Shown piece by piece: positions 49,134 to 58,849 of a DNA stretch of 64,000 nt; position 1 is the stretch's first letter; every line of letters begins with the position of its first letter. The notes under the pieces were generated by a model. It was not told the DNA's origin and made no database searches. It was given only the letters and a program-made list of their open reading frames with translations. The DNA is taken from positions 288,001-352,000 of the forward strand of contig JBEPYO010000001.1 in the NCBI GenBank assembly GCA_041641295.1, written 5' to 3'. The DNA comes from Nitrososphaerota archaeon (GTDB taxonomy: Archaea; Thermoproteota; Nitrososphaeria_A; Caldarchaeales; Calditenuaceae). The position numbers and the translations under genes are program-made.

Positions 49134-50357
49134 ATGGATTTCGAGTTTCCGCCCGAAATAAGATTGTTTAGGGAGAAGGTCTCGGAGTTCTGCGCAAAAC
49201 GCATCGCGCCCAAGTGGGTAGAAATTGACGAGAGTGGCGTTATAGGGTCTGACATAGTTGAGCAGCTGGCATCTCAAGGGCTTCTCGGCCTCGTCTTAGA
49301 CGAGGAGTATGGCGGCCAGGGAGGCGGATTCTTGGAGGCGACTCTAGCGGCTGAGGAGCTGGCGTACCACGCACCGGCTCTCTCACTGGCCGTCCTATAT
49401 CTCCTTCAGAACTCCTGGACATACATTGTCCAGCTCTATGGTTCTGAGGAGGCGAAAATGGAGGTCCTTCCCCGTGTCTGCCGTGGCGAGGCCCTTGTAG
49501 GGATAGCGAGTACCGAGGCTCATGGTGGGAGCGATGTTGCGGGTGTTAGGCTGCGGGCTGAGAGGAGGCAGGATGGGTATTGGGTTGTGTCAGGGGAGAA
49601 GTCGATGGTCTCTCTGCCGTCTATCATTGAGAGGATGAAGTGGGGAGGCGGCTGGGTACTCATAAGCAGGACGGGCCGCCTCGAAGATAGGCATCAATCA
49701 ATCACAACCTTTCTCGCCCTCATGAAGAAGAATGGCCGCGTCGACCCCGCGATAAAATATAAGCCATGGACCGAGTTCGCCCGCAGAGGCCTCGACACAT
49801 CTGTTGTGAGCTTTAATGATTTCGTCTTGGAGGACAAGTACCGGCTCGGCGAGGTCAACAAGGGATTTAGGATCGCTATGGAGGGCTTCAACCTTGCGCG
49901 TTGTCTCATAGGCTCTGTTACTGTCGGCTGTGCTAGGTGGCTGATTGAGCAGGGAATCTCGTGGATCAAGCAGCGCGAAGTTTTCGGCCGCCCAATAGCC
50001 TCGTATCAGGCTATAAGCTTCAAGCTCGCCGACCATTTGAAGGAGCTCGAGGCTGCACGCCTCCTCTCATACAAGGCCGCTTGGGCCGCAGACAAGTACT
50101 ATAAGCAGAAGAGCGGCACGATCAGCCTGAAAGACATAGCTGTCCTCGGGGCGATGTCGAAGCTCAAATGTGCCTCCTTAGCCTTCGAGATAGGGGAGGA
50201 CGTCATGAAGTGGTTTGGTGGCGCATCATACTATAAGGAGCTCCCGATATTCAGAGCTTGGCTGGCTGCGTTCAGCTATGTTGTAGGCGCTGAGGGTACG
50301 GAGAACATGATGCGTCTAATCATCGCTCGAGAAACGCTGGGCAGGGAATACGTCTAA
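49134..50357 (+). CDS. acyl-CoA dehydrogenase
   Basis: MDF, EEYGGQG, TE..GGSD, GEK, REVFGRPI..YQ, FGG..Y, EGT. Confidence 0.93.
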   Translation: MDFEFPPEIRLFREKVSEFCAKRIAPKWVEIDESGVIGSDIVEQLASQGLLGLVLDEEYGGQGGGFLEATLAAEELAYHAPALSLAVLYLLQNSWTYIVQLYGSEEAKMEVLPRVCRGEALVGIASTEAHGGSDVAGVRLRAERRQDGYWVVSGEKSMVSLPSIIERMKWGGGWVLISRTGRLEDRHQSITTFLALMKKNGRVDPAIKYKPWTEFARRGLDTSVVSFNDFVLEDKYRLGEVNKGFRIAMEGFNLARCLIGSVTVGCARWLIEQGISWIKQREVFGRPIASYQAISFKLADHLKELEAARLLSYKAAWAADKYYKQKSGTISLKDIAVLGAMSKLKCASLAFEIGEDVMKWFGGASYYKELPIFRAWLAAFSYVVGAEGTENMMRLIIARETLGREYV

Positions 50358-51172
50358 CCCACTGATGCCTGCAACAGCATATTGATGGCGACAACGAGCA
50401 GGAAGAGGGCGAACAGCATCTCTAGTGTCCGGCTACTAGCTTTCTCAGAGACCTTCGCACCTATCTGGGCTCCGAGCAAGACGCCAGCGGCGATTAGCCC
50501 GCCCTTGACTATGTCGATATGCCCGAGGACGGCGTGAGTAGATATGCCAGTCAGAGCAGCCGGTACTAGGATAAAGTGCGAGGTCGCCGTCGCGATGTAG
50601 GCTGGGACGCCGAGCAGAATTATCATGACGGGGACATGGACTATGCCGCCTCCAACGCCGAAGAAGCCTGATATGAATCCTGAGATGACCCCGAAAGCAA
50701 TGATCAGATGAAGGTTGAATGAATATACATGCTCCCTGCCCAGTCGATCTTTCATCAGCCTCTGATTGCCACTCCTCAATAGCCCGCCACTCGATAAGCC
50801 CATTCTCGACCTGAATGCGAGGTATAGGGCAGACAAAATCAGCATCAATGCGAAATAGACCCTGAATGTCCCACTACTCACGACCGTTGTGGTTAGTGAG
50901 CCGGCTATGGACCCCGGTATAGTGCCCGAAGAGAAGCCCAGGCCCATTTTGACATCGACCCTGCGCTGCCTGAGATACGCCAGTGTGGCGGAGACGGCGT
51001 TTATAAGCACGACCAGAAGGCTGGTCCCAGCAGCACTCCCGGGTGTGAAATTATACAGCATTAGTAGCACGGGGGCAACTATGAAGCCTCCCCCAATACC
51101 TACCGGAGACGCGACCACGCCCACAGCCAGCCCTAAAAGGGCTAGCATCACAGCTTCTGTGAGACTGGTCAT
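50354..51172 (-). CDS. TauE/SafE family permease
   Basis: GIGGGF, AGTSL, GFFGVGGG..VP, ATATS. Confidence 0.9.
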   Translation of the reverse strand: MTSLTEAVMLALLGLAVGVVASPVGIGGGFIVAPVLLMLYNFTPGSAAGTSLLVVLINAVSATLAYLRQRRVDVKMGLGFSSGTIPGSIAGSLTTTVVSSGTFRVYFALMLILSALYLAFRSRMGLSSGGLLRSGNQRLMKDRLGREHVYSFNLHLIIAFGVISGFISGFFGVGGGIVHVPVMIILLGVPAYIATATSHFILVPAALTGISTHAVLGHIDIVKGGLIAAGVLLGAQIGAKVSEKASSRTLEMLFALFLLVVAINMLLQASVG

Positions 51173-51238
51173 AATCAGCTAGTCCAACCACCCAGTGGCC
51201 GACACTATAATATATATGAGGCTCCGCCGCGCATGCAA

Positions 51239-51249
51239 CTTTAAATTAA
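51239..51249 (+). promoter_or_regulatory. TATA box of rps27ae (CTTTAAATTAA)
   Basis: 32 nt before ATG; identical to rps4 box. Confidence 0.65.
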
Positions 51250-51270
51250 GAGTCATAATCATTTGTTGAG

Positions 51271-51459
51271 ATGTCTCAGAAGGAGAAGGCGAGAGGGTTG
51301 TGGAAGCTGTATACGGTGACTCCGGACGGCAAGCTTGTGCGAAACGTTAACTTCTGCCCTATCTGTGGCCCAGGATACATCATGGCAAAGCATCAGGATA
51401 GATATACATGTGGCAGGTGTGGATATACTAGCTTTATCTCTGAGAAGAAGCCTCGATAA
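51271..51459 (+). CDS. rps27ae: 30S ribosomal protein S27ae (eS31)
   Basis: [20 protein letters not shown]. Confidence 0.95.
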   Translation: MSQKEKARGLWKLYTVTPDGKLVRNVNFCPICGPGYIMAKHQDRYTCGRCGYTSFISEKKPR

Positions 51460-51952
51460 GCCCCTGGGCGAGTTTTCTGACCTCTTCGTTAATATGGACT
51501 ATGACAACCCCTTCTCTGGGCTGTCCATATAGCATCAGCGTACCCGGCGGAGCCTCCGCCATCACGACCAAGCCTAAAAGATCCTCCTCACCCTCCACAC
51601 GGACAATAACCGGCCCCTCCATCTCCAGAGCCTCTACAACAGTCTTGTAGGCTTGGCCGCTTATCGTCCCCGGCCTATTCTCACAGTTCAGTTCCACCGC
51701 ACCTTCGATGACAACATGCTCAACCGGCTTACGCTCAATCTTTCCATCCACTATGCAGACATCAGGCCTGAGCCCCATGGAGAGAAGTGTTTTAGTTACC
51801 GCGTCTCCTACTGCTACAAGTCTACCCGTCCTTTCTCGGATAACGCTCCTGACAATCTCAGAGGTATTCTCGGGGAAGCCCCGTACCAGCCGGCCAAGAG
51901 GCTTCTTTAACCGCTCCCTAACGTCCTCAGGGATGACTATCTCGTTACTCAA
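51434..51952 (-). CDS. GTP-dependent dephospho-CoA kinase (DUF359)
   Basis: LKKPLG, VGD, VDGK..R, NxPGTI, GEEDL, YGQP.EG. Confidence 0.9.
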   Translation of the reverse strand: MSNEIVIPEDVRERLKKPLGRLVRGFPENTSEIVRSVIRERTGRLVAVGDAVTKTLLSMGLRPDVCIVDGKIERKPVEHVVIEGAVELNCENRPGTISGQAYKTVVEALEMEGPVIVRVEGEEDLLGLVVMAEAPPGTLMLYGQPREGVVIVHINEEVRKLAQGLIEASSQR

Positions 51953-52133
51953 CCTTGATCGCGTATCTTCCGGGCTTAACGATGCCTAAGAGTTTTGCTA
52001 TTTCTGAAGACTCAGGCTGTATCACGATTAGGAGGCCTGAGTACGTTGCGGTCAGGTTGGTTGAGCCGCAGTTATCGCATCTATTACCTGTAACTATCGC
52101 CCTGCAGTTTCTACATGCACGCTCCTTCGGCAG
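51945..52133 (-). CDS. spt4: transcription elongation factor Spt4 (RpoE''), CTG start; not in ORF track
   Basis: (M)[61 protein letters not shown]; canonical position after rpoE'. Confidence 0.93.
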   Translation of the reverse strand: MPKERACRNCRAIVTGNRCDNCGSTNLTATYSGLLIVIQPESSEIAKLLGIVKPGRYAIKVE

Positions 52134-52139
52134 GCATTA

Positions 52140-52709
52140 TCACCCCCCAGCAACCTTCTCCGCACGAGGCACGCGCTCCCTACGCTTCTGCTCTTCAATC
52201 CACTCCAAGTTCCCCAAGTAGGGCTGCCGCGTGGTTATCCCTACTTTTCCACCCGCCAGAGAGACTGCGACCACCCTAGCTCTAACCTTATCGCCCACCC
52301 CAAGCTTCCAACCCGTCTGAGACCCAACAAACACTGCATTCTTCTTGTCAAAATTCACGAAATCGTCAAGTATCTGCGAGACATGGAGTAGCGCGTCCAG
52401 CGGGCCTATCCTGACAAAGGCTCCAAAATCCGTTAACTCTACAACCTCGCCCTCGACGACCTCTTGGATCCGGGGGATGAATACGAGGAGCCGGCATTTT
52501 ACCCGGTGATAGAGGTTAGGGTCTCTTGGCAGCATGTACCCCACATCCTCAACATCGACGCTTAAGACCGAGATTACGTATCCAAGCTGCTCGTCTACTA
52601 GCCCCTCATAAAGGGCAGAGAGCTTCTTAAAAGCAATCTCCTTTAGAGTGAGCCCAAAATCTCGCGGTTCAACACCGATCACATCCGCTATCTCTACTAC
52701 GTAAAACAT
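52140..52709 (-). CDS. rpoE1: RNA polymerase subunit E' (Rpo7)
   Basis: EVVEGEV...FGAFVRIGPLDALLHVSQI, RQPYLG. Confidence 0.94.
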   Translation of the reverse strand: MFYVVEIADVIGVEPRDFGLTLKEIAFKKLSALYEGLVDEQLGYVISVLSVDVEDVGYMLPRDPNLYHRVKCRLLVFIPRIQEVVEGEVVELTDFGAFVRIGPLDALLHVSQILDDFVNFDKKNAVFVGSQTGWKLGVGDKVRARVVAVSLAGGKVGITTRQPYLGNLEWIEEQKRRERVPRAEKVAGG

Positions 52710-52795
52710 ACGCCAGTGACTCATATTATGGGGTACTGGGAGGTAATAAATTTGATATGGCCGCGAATACGCCTCCTAAAACTCCCGCCCTTCTA

Positions 52796-53215
52796 CTACG
52801 CTAGGATGTGGACTTCGAGCCTCCTACTGACGTATATGCACTTTAACCCCTGCTTCCTCAGCCTCTTCTGTAGGGCTGAATCCGCGGTAACAACGGCGTA
52901 TCCTTTCTCAGACGCCAGCCTAACCAGCTCCTCATCCACTCCCACCTCTTGGCTTGACTCTATCCGAGTCATCCTCTCCGCCATCGACAGAGCCAGCTCA
53001 GCTACCCTTCCACGCCGCCCCCCTACTCCCGACAGCCGCTTAAGCTCACCTATAACAGAGTCCGGGACAAGCGGCACTACAGGCTCACCTAACTTCTCTT
53101 CGATAAGCCGGAGGATGTCTCTACCACTCTCAACTAACAAGAGAAGGAAGCTAGTGTCTATTAGAGCATGCAATCCATCTATCCCACGATCAGCCCGTAG
53201 CCTATCAACCGCCAA
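52796..53215 (-). CDS. PIN-domain protein (Fcf1/Utp24-like)
   Basis: IDTSFL, V.GEL, VD, VVTAD..L; between eIF2gamma and rpoE'. Confidence 0.88.
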   Translation of the reverse strand: MAVDRLRADRGIDGLHALIDTSFLLLLVESGRDILRLIEEKLGEPVVPLVPDSVIGELKRLSGVGGRRGRVAELALSMAERMTRIESSQEVGVDEELVRLASEKGYAVVTADSALQKRLRKQGLKCIYVSRRLEVHILA

Positions 53216-54420
53216 CCCATCCCAATCTTCCTACATATAGAAACCCTGTCACCTGGCCATGCGCAGAGTGGCTTCGAGAGGTTTAGGGTTAGCCGGCCGC
53301 CGTGGCGCTTGACGACTATTCCACTAGTGACCGCTGTGTATGAGTTAATTACCAATGGCTCCTTCTCGGATATCTGTTTAACATCCACATCTCCCTCCAC
53401 ACCTATCACCTTCTGGAATAGAGTGTATTCAACCTCCAGCGTCTTCCAGACAGGGGGTAGCTTGGAGGGGCTTCCAGCCATCTCTCCGACCAGAGCATCA
53501 GACTTAGTGAGTGCTGGGTCGAGGGAGGTCTCTACGCCGATGAGCCCGCCGCTTGTCGCCTCCTCCACACTCCTACCACCCGCTTGAATGCTTACAACCT
53601 CTGTGACAATAGGCTCATACTCGGACGAGCCCTCCCTTACAGGGATGCCTGGCGCTATCTCGATCTCATCACCCACTCGCAGCCTTCCCTGAATTATTGA
53701 CCCGCCTATCACTCCTCCCCTAATCATTGTCGCAGGTGTTCCGGGGAGGTTAACGTTGAACGACCTCAGTATAGGCATAAGGAATGGTTTGCTCAGCTCT
53801 CTCGCAGGTGTTGGGATGTACTTGTCCATCGCGTATAACAAGGCCTCGACACCAACTCCCTGCTGGGCAGATACAGGAATAATAGGGACGTCGTGGAGAC
53901 CTATTTTCTCCAGATAACTCCTAATCTCATCATAGCTCGCCAACGCACGCTTCTTATCAATAACGTCTATCTTATTCTGGGCAACCACCATCTTCGACAC
54001 ACCCATTATCAGGGCTGCCTCTAGATGCTCCCTATCCTGCGCCTGGGGGAACTTCACCCTAGCGTCGGCTACGAGTATTGCGCCGTCGAATAGGGCGGCG
54101 CCGCTCAGCATGGTTATCATGAGGGAGTGGTGGCCTGGACAGTCGATAAAGGAAATGGCCCTGACGAACTCGCACTCTTTGTTATGTATCGGGCAGACAG
54201 GCACTGAGTAGTAGTTGTACGGCTCCTCGCAGAGGTCACACCTATACTGGACGGCATCGGCATACCCTACGCGGATAGTGATCCCCCTTTTCAACTCCTC
54301 ACTATGCCTACCCGTCCATACACCGCTAATCGCTTGAACCAGGGTAGATTTCCCATTGTCTACATGCCCCAACGTCCCTATGTTGACTTCAGGCTGCTTC
54401 GGCAGAGGTGTAATACTCAT
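53179..54420 (-). CDS. eif2g: translation initiation factor 2 gamma subunit
   Basis: QPEVNIG.LGHVDNGKST, HSEELKRGITI, DCPGH, QNKID, WRLIGYG. Confidence 0.96.
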   Translation of the reverse strand: MSITPLPKQPEVNIGTLGHVDNGKSTLVQAISGVWTGRHSEELKRGITIRVGYADAVQYRCDLCEEPYNYYSVPVCPIHNKECEFVRAISFIDCPGHHSLMITMLSGAALFDGAILVADARVKFPQAQDREHLEAALIMGVSKMVVAQNKIDVIDKKRALASYDEIRSYLEKIGLHDVPIIPVSAQQGVGVEALLYAMDKYIPTPARELSKPFLMPILRSFNVNLPGTPATMIRGGVIGGSIIQGRLRVGDEIEIAPGIPVREGSSEYEPIVTEVVSIQAGGRSVEEATSGGLIGVETSLDPALTKSDALVGEMAGSPSKLPPVWKTLEVEYTLFQKVIGVEGDVDVKQISEKEPLVINSYTAVTSGIVVKRHGGRLTLNLSKPLCAWPGDRVSICRKIGMGWRLIGYGLIVG

Positions 54421-54517
54421 CCAACGCTCCCAAATATCTATGCCGCTTATATAGATTGGTTTAATCCAACCCAAGATCAGATTAACATGGTATGTTTATT
54501 AGTTTAGCCTATCCGGA

Positions 54518-55042
54518 ATGGATATGCCCCAGATAAACAACATAAATTTGGATAAGGTATCCGCGACCGTAGAGTCAATAAAAAGAGATCCGACTAAGGC
54601 TAAGGTTGTCAGCAGAGTTGAAGGTGAGTGGCTTTTTGATGGTGAGACCCAGTTCAGGGCGGTGCTACCGACAGAGCAGGGATCACAGACACTCGAGATG
54701 AGCCTGCCAAGCTTCTTGGGAGGGACGGGAAAGATGCCGGGCCCAATTCAATACTGTCTCTTCGGGCTGGCTTCCTGCTTCGCCTCAACTATTGCCTCGA
54801 TAGCGGCTGAGAAGAACATAAGGCTGAAGAGGGCGAGAGTCTCTGCGGAATGCAGCCTAGATTTTTCCAAGACACTTGGTCTGAATGATAAGCCGATAGT
54901 AGAGGGTATCAGGTTTATCGTCGATATCGAAGCTGATGCAGACGACTCGATGGTTAAACAGATTCTAGCTGAGGCATAAGAGCGTTGCCCCGCCATATAC
55001 GTATTAAGACATAACATACCGTACCAATTGTCTCAAAGATAA
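54518..55042 (+). pseudogene. OsmC/Ohr family protein interrupted by in-frame TAA at 54977-54979
   Basis: FLGG.G..PGP..Y.L.GLASCF; downstream in-frame ERCPAIY carries the second conserved Cys. Confidence 0.75.
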
Positions 55043-55335
55043 CTAACATGACCGGGCTGGATAATATCCCCGACCTTAGGGAAGGCGATTTATGAGAGGA
55101 GATTTGACTGCCCTTCCAGCTCCTATTTTCTCTCGCGATGCTTCAGCCTAGACGATACACACTTGCATGAAATTTTGTGAAAAGGGTTGGGGAAGAACTC
55201 CGAGAAGTAGGTGGATGTGTACTATGATTGTTTTCATGCTTTTCAACATGTTTGATTGAATAATGTATGGGTAGTTAGGTCGTTTTATTGCATTGTATGT
55301 GAACGATTTATAAGTGGCGAGTATTGATGTAGGCC

Positions 55336-55881
55336 TTGGGGCATATGTTTCTCGAGATATTGTTTCTTGGTCGAGGCGGGCAAGGAGTCGTGACTGCAGG
55401 GAGGATAGTTGCCGAGGCAGCTCTAAGGGCCGGGCTGTTCAGCCAGAGTTTTCCTGAGTTTGGACCAGAGCGTTCAGGCGCCCCAGTGAGGTCTTATGTA
55501 AGAATCTCGGATGAGCCAATCTCCATGAGGGCTCCTATGGAGAGTTTTGACGTGGCCGTTGTCTTTGAGGAGAGGCTGTTGGACTCAGCGATTGTGGAGT
55601 CGGTTAGGAGTGGGGGGACTGTTGTCTTGGCGGCCGAGTCTGCCCGCGAGCTTCCGCGGGGCGATGTAAAGCTATTCGTCGTGGGGGCTAGGCGGATAAT
55701 AGAGGAGCTCAAGAAGCCCCGCTCACTTAACCTAGCTATGGTGGGGGCTCTCTGCTCGGTGATAAACGTGATACCGCTTAAGCATGTTGAGGATATTGTA
55801 GGCAGGAGGTTCGGGGAGGAGAACAGGGAGGTTGTGCGGCGTGCTGCCCAGCTGGTGGTGAGTGTTGAGCAGACGGCCTGA
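55336..55881 (+). CDS. porG: 2-oxoacid (pyruvate/ketoisovalerate):ferredoxin oxidoreductase gamma subunit
   Basis: GRGGQGVVTA, FPEFGPERSGAPV. Confidence 0.9.
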   Translation: MGHMFLEILFLGRGGQGVVTAGRIVAEAALRAGLFSQSFPEFGPERSGAPVRSYVRISDEPISMRAPMESFDVAVVFEERLLDSAIVESVRSGGTVVLAAESARELPRGDVKLFVVGARRIIEELKKPRSLNLAMVGALCSVINVIPLKHVEDIVGRRFGEENREVVRRAAQLVVSVEQTA

Positions 55882-56137
55882 GCTTCTTATTCCAATAGTT
55901 TTTGAAGCCGGGAATACTGCTAAGCGAAGTGTAGCAAGCTGGCGGAGTAACAGGCCGGTGATTGAGAGGCAGCTCTGCACTAACTGCCTGATCTGTTGGA
56001 TATACTGCCCCGAGCCAGCCATATACATGGATGATGCGGGGAATGTGCAGATAGACTATGACCACTGTAAGGGGTGTGGCATCTGTGCAGAGGAGTGTCC
56101 CCGCAAGGCCATAAGGATGGTGGTGGAGAATGTATAG
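55862..56137 (+). CDS. porD: 2-oxoacid:ferredoxin oxidoreductase delta subunit
   Basis: W R..RP, CTNCLICWIYCP, YDHCKGCGICAEECP. Confidence 0.92.
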   Translation: MLSRRPELLIPIVFEAGNTAKRSVASWRSNRPVIERQLCTNCLICWIYCPEPAIYMDDAGNVQIDYDHCKGCGICAEECPRKAIRMVVENV

Positions 56138-57311
56138 CCTCGCATCCTATAGGTTGATGACTGGCAATGAGGCGGCGGCCTTCGCTGTTAAGCAGGCGGA
56201 CGTAGACTTCATTTCGGCTTACCCCATCACTCCCCAGACAATAATCGTGGAGCGGCTGAGCGAGTATGTTAGTTCGGGCGAACTGGATGCAGAGTTTGTC
56301 CCTGTGGAGTCTGAGCACTCGGCTATCAGCGCCTGCATAGGAGCATCTCTTGCAGGGGCCCGTGTCTTCACGTCTACTTCGAGTCAAGGCCTCGCGCTCA
56401 TGCATGAAGTCTTATACATCGCATCAGGGATGAGGTGCCCCATTGTCATGGCTGTAGCAAACAGGGCTCTCTCAGCGCCCCTCAACATCCACGGGGACCA
56501 CTCGGATATCATGGGTTCGCGGGACGCGGGTTGGGTGCTAATATTCTGCGAGAACCCCCAAGAAGTCTACGACTACACCATTCAGGCGTTTAGGCTTGCT
56601 GAGCATCCTGAGGCCCTGCTGCCAGTGGCCGTCAACCTTGACGGCTTCACGGTGTCACACAGCAGTGAGCCAGTCTCCGTACTGGAGGATGACGTTGTGA
56701 GGAGTTATCTCCCGAGGCGGGAGCGCCCGCGGCTGGAATTTGAGGAGCCCGCAAGTTTCGGCGTCTTTGCCCTACCCACACACTATTTCGAGTTTAAGGT
56801 TGAGCAGGAGAAGGCCCTCCGGAGGGCGGGGGAGGTCTTGGAGGAGGTCGCAGCAGCCTATCCTAACAGCCAAGGCCGGCTCGTGAAGCTTTCCAAGTTT
56901 AACGATGAGGGTAAGATCGCCGTAATCTGCCTAGGTGGTACGGCGGGCACTGTTAGACATGTCTTGAAAAACTATGGGATGAAGGACTTCTCACTAGTCT
57001 CCCTGAAACTCTTCTCGCCATTCCCGAGTGAGGAGCTCTTAGACGCCTTGAACGGTGTTGAGGGTGTCGTCGTCATGGATAGGGCGACCTCGCCGGGCGC
57101 CCCCCTTCCACCTCTAGCCTCCAACGTGGCCGCCAGCTTATACGAGGCTGGAGTCCGGCTTCCGCTCCTAAGCGTGGTCTACGGTTTGGGTGGGAGGGAG
57201 CCTACCTTGAAGATGATTGTGGAGATGCTGGATAAGGCCCGGGAGAAGGTTGGTAAAGGCCGGACCGGCGTCTCCCGTATGTATCTCGGCTACGGGGGTG
57301 GAGAGAAATGA
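56130..57311 (+). CDS. porA: 2-oxoacid:ferredoxin oxidoreductase alpha subunit
   Basis: GNEA, AYPITPQT, ESEHSA, GLGGR. Confidence 0.92.
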   Translation: MYSLASYRLMTGNEAAAFAVKQADVDFISAYPITPQTIIVERLSEYVSSGELDAEFVPVESEHSAISACIGASLAGARVFTSTSSQGLALMHEVLYIASGMRCPIVMAVANRALSAPLNIHGDHSDIMGSRDAGWVLIFCENPQEVYDYTIQAFRLAEHPEALLPVAVNLDGFTVSHSSEPVSVLEDDVVRSYLPRRERPRLEFEEPASFGVFALPTHYFEFKVEQEKALRRAGEVLEEVAAAYPNSQGRLVKLSKFNDEGKIAVICLGGTAGTVRHVLKNYGMKDFSLVSLKLFSPFPSEELLDALNGVEGVVVMDRATSPGAPLPPLASNVAASLYEAGVRLPLLSVVYGLGGREPTLKMIVEMLDKAREKVGKGRTGVSRMYLGYGGGEK

Positions 57312-58225
57312 TGCAGGTATCTAAGCTGTCCGACCTATATGGTCGTGAAGGACTCAGCCCGGGGCACTCTGCATGTCAGGGCTGCGGCGCCACCATCGCT
57401 GTTAGGCAGGTATTACTGGCGGCCGAGCCACCCTACATAGTAGTCAGCCCAACCGGGTGTCTTGAAGTAATCTCCACACCATACCCCTATACTGCCTGGA
57501 GGGTACCGTGGGTCCATGTGGCCTTCGAGAACGCAGCTGCTGTCGCATCAGGTATCGAGGCTGCCCTAAAGGTGCTTGAGAGAAAGGGGATGGGGAGACG
57601 CCACAAGGTCATAGTAATCGCAGGTGATGGCGGGACCTTCGATATCGGTTTACAGGCCCTCTCGGGAGCCTTCGAGCGCGGCCACAACATACTCTATGTT
57701 TGCTATGACAATGAGGCCTACATGAACACGGGAATCCAGAGGTCAGCCGCAACACCACCCGGCTCCATCACCACCACAACCCCAGCGGGAAAGCGTGAGT
57801 GGAAGAAGGATATTGTCTCGATACTTGTCGGGCATGGCTCTCCCTACGTAGCCACAGCCTCCCCCCACCTCTGGAAAGACCTCGCAAACAAGGTTAGAAA
57901 GGCACAGAGCATCGAAGGCCCGACCTTCCTCCACATAATCGCACCATGCCCCAGGGGCTGGTACTTCGAGCCCCACCTAACCATAAAGCTCGCCAAGCTC
58001 GCGGTAGAGACGCGGATATTCCCTATCTACGAGGTGGAGAACGGCAGGTACAGGATCAACTACCTCATCACCAGGCCTAGGCCGGTTGAGGACTATCTCA
58101 GGCTCCAGAACAGGTTTGCTTACCTGCTAAAACCAGAGAATGCAGCCCTTCTTGAAGGGTTTAAGCGCTGGGTGGAGGAGAGGTGGAACCAGCTCCTCAA
58201 GATGGCATCAGCCTTCCCAGCCTGA
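57308..58225 (+). CDS. porB: 2-oxoacid:ferredoxin oxidoreductase beta subunit
   Basis: GHSACQGCG, TGCLE, GDGG, DNEAYMNTG, PCP.GW. Confidence 0.92.
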   Translation: MMQVSKLSDLYGREGLSPGHSACQGCGATIAVRQVLLAAEPPYIVVSPTGCLEVISTPYPYTAWRVPWVHVAFENAAAVASGIEAALKVLERKGMGRRHKVIVIAGDGGTFDIGLQALSGAFERGHNILYVCYDNEAYMNTGIQRSAATPPGSITTTTPAGKREWKKDIVSILVGHGSPYVATASPHLWKDLANKVRKAQSIEGPTFLHIIAPCPRGWYFEPHLTIKLAKLAVETRIFPIYEVENGRYRINYLITRPRPVEDYLRLQNRFAYLLKPENAALLEGFKRWVEERWNQLLKMASAFPA

Positions 58226-58277
58226 GCCCAATAGAGAATCAATCTTTATCACCGGCCAAGCGTGTCGGCCAAATCAG

Positions 58278-58820
58278 ATGAGAGAGTACCCTATTGCCGG
58301 TCTGAAGATTGTGGTCATGCGGGGAGACATTACGGAGGTCGAGGCCGATGCAATAGTTGTGCCCGCCAACAGTAGGCTCATCATGGGTGGCGGTGTGGCT
58401 GGCGCCGTGAAGCGTAAGGGTGGCGCTGAGATCGAGAGGGAGGCGATGAGCAAGGGACCGATACCGGTCGGAGGGGCTGTAACCACCGGTGCTGGAGCTT
58501 TGAAGGCGCGCTTCGTCATCCACTCACCCACCATGGAGCGTCCCGCAGGAGAGACAGACCCAAACAAGGTATACCTCGCCACTCAGGCCGCTATCAATGA
58601 GGCTCTGAGACTCGGACTAAAGACAATAGCCTTCCCGGGTATGGGGACAGGGGTAGGAGGCCTCAACCCCCTCGTAGCAGCGCGACAGATGGTTAAGGCA
58701 ATATTAGATACGGTTCATGGAAGAGAACAGTCCCTCCAGCAAGTATTCCTGGTAGCCTTTGACAAGGAGCTCGAAGAAGCCTTCAAGGCGGCGGTAGAGG
58801 AGCGTGTCAAAAACCCCTAA
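58278..58820 (+). CDS. macrodomain (ADP-ribose binding/hydrolase) protein
   Basis: GDIT, DAIV.PAN, GGGVAGA, AFPGMGTGVGG. Confidence 0.92.
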   Translation: MREYPIAGLKIVVMRGDITEVEADAIVVPANSRLIMGGGVAGAVKRKGGAEIEREAMSKGPIPVGGAVTTGAGALKARFVIHSPTMERPAGETDPNKVYLATQAAINEALRLGLKTIAFPGMGTGVGGLNPLVAARQMVKAILDTVHGREQSLQQVFLVAFDKELEEAFKAAVEERVKNP

Positions 58821-58849
58821 AAGGCAGGGCAGATTCTGAAGGAAAAGGA

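Noticed and set aside
51955-52221. 88-aa plus-strand ORF
   Set aside because: Antisense shadow of spt4.
54977-54979. Selenocysteine or pyrrolysine recoding in OsmC
   Set aside because: The codon is TAA, not TGA or TAG, and is not at the Cys position.
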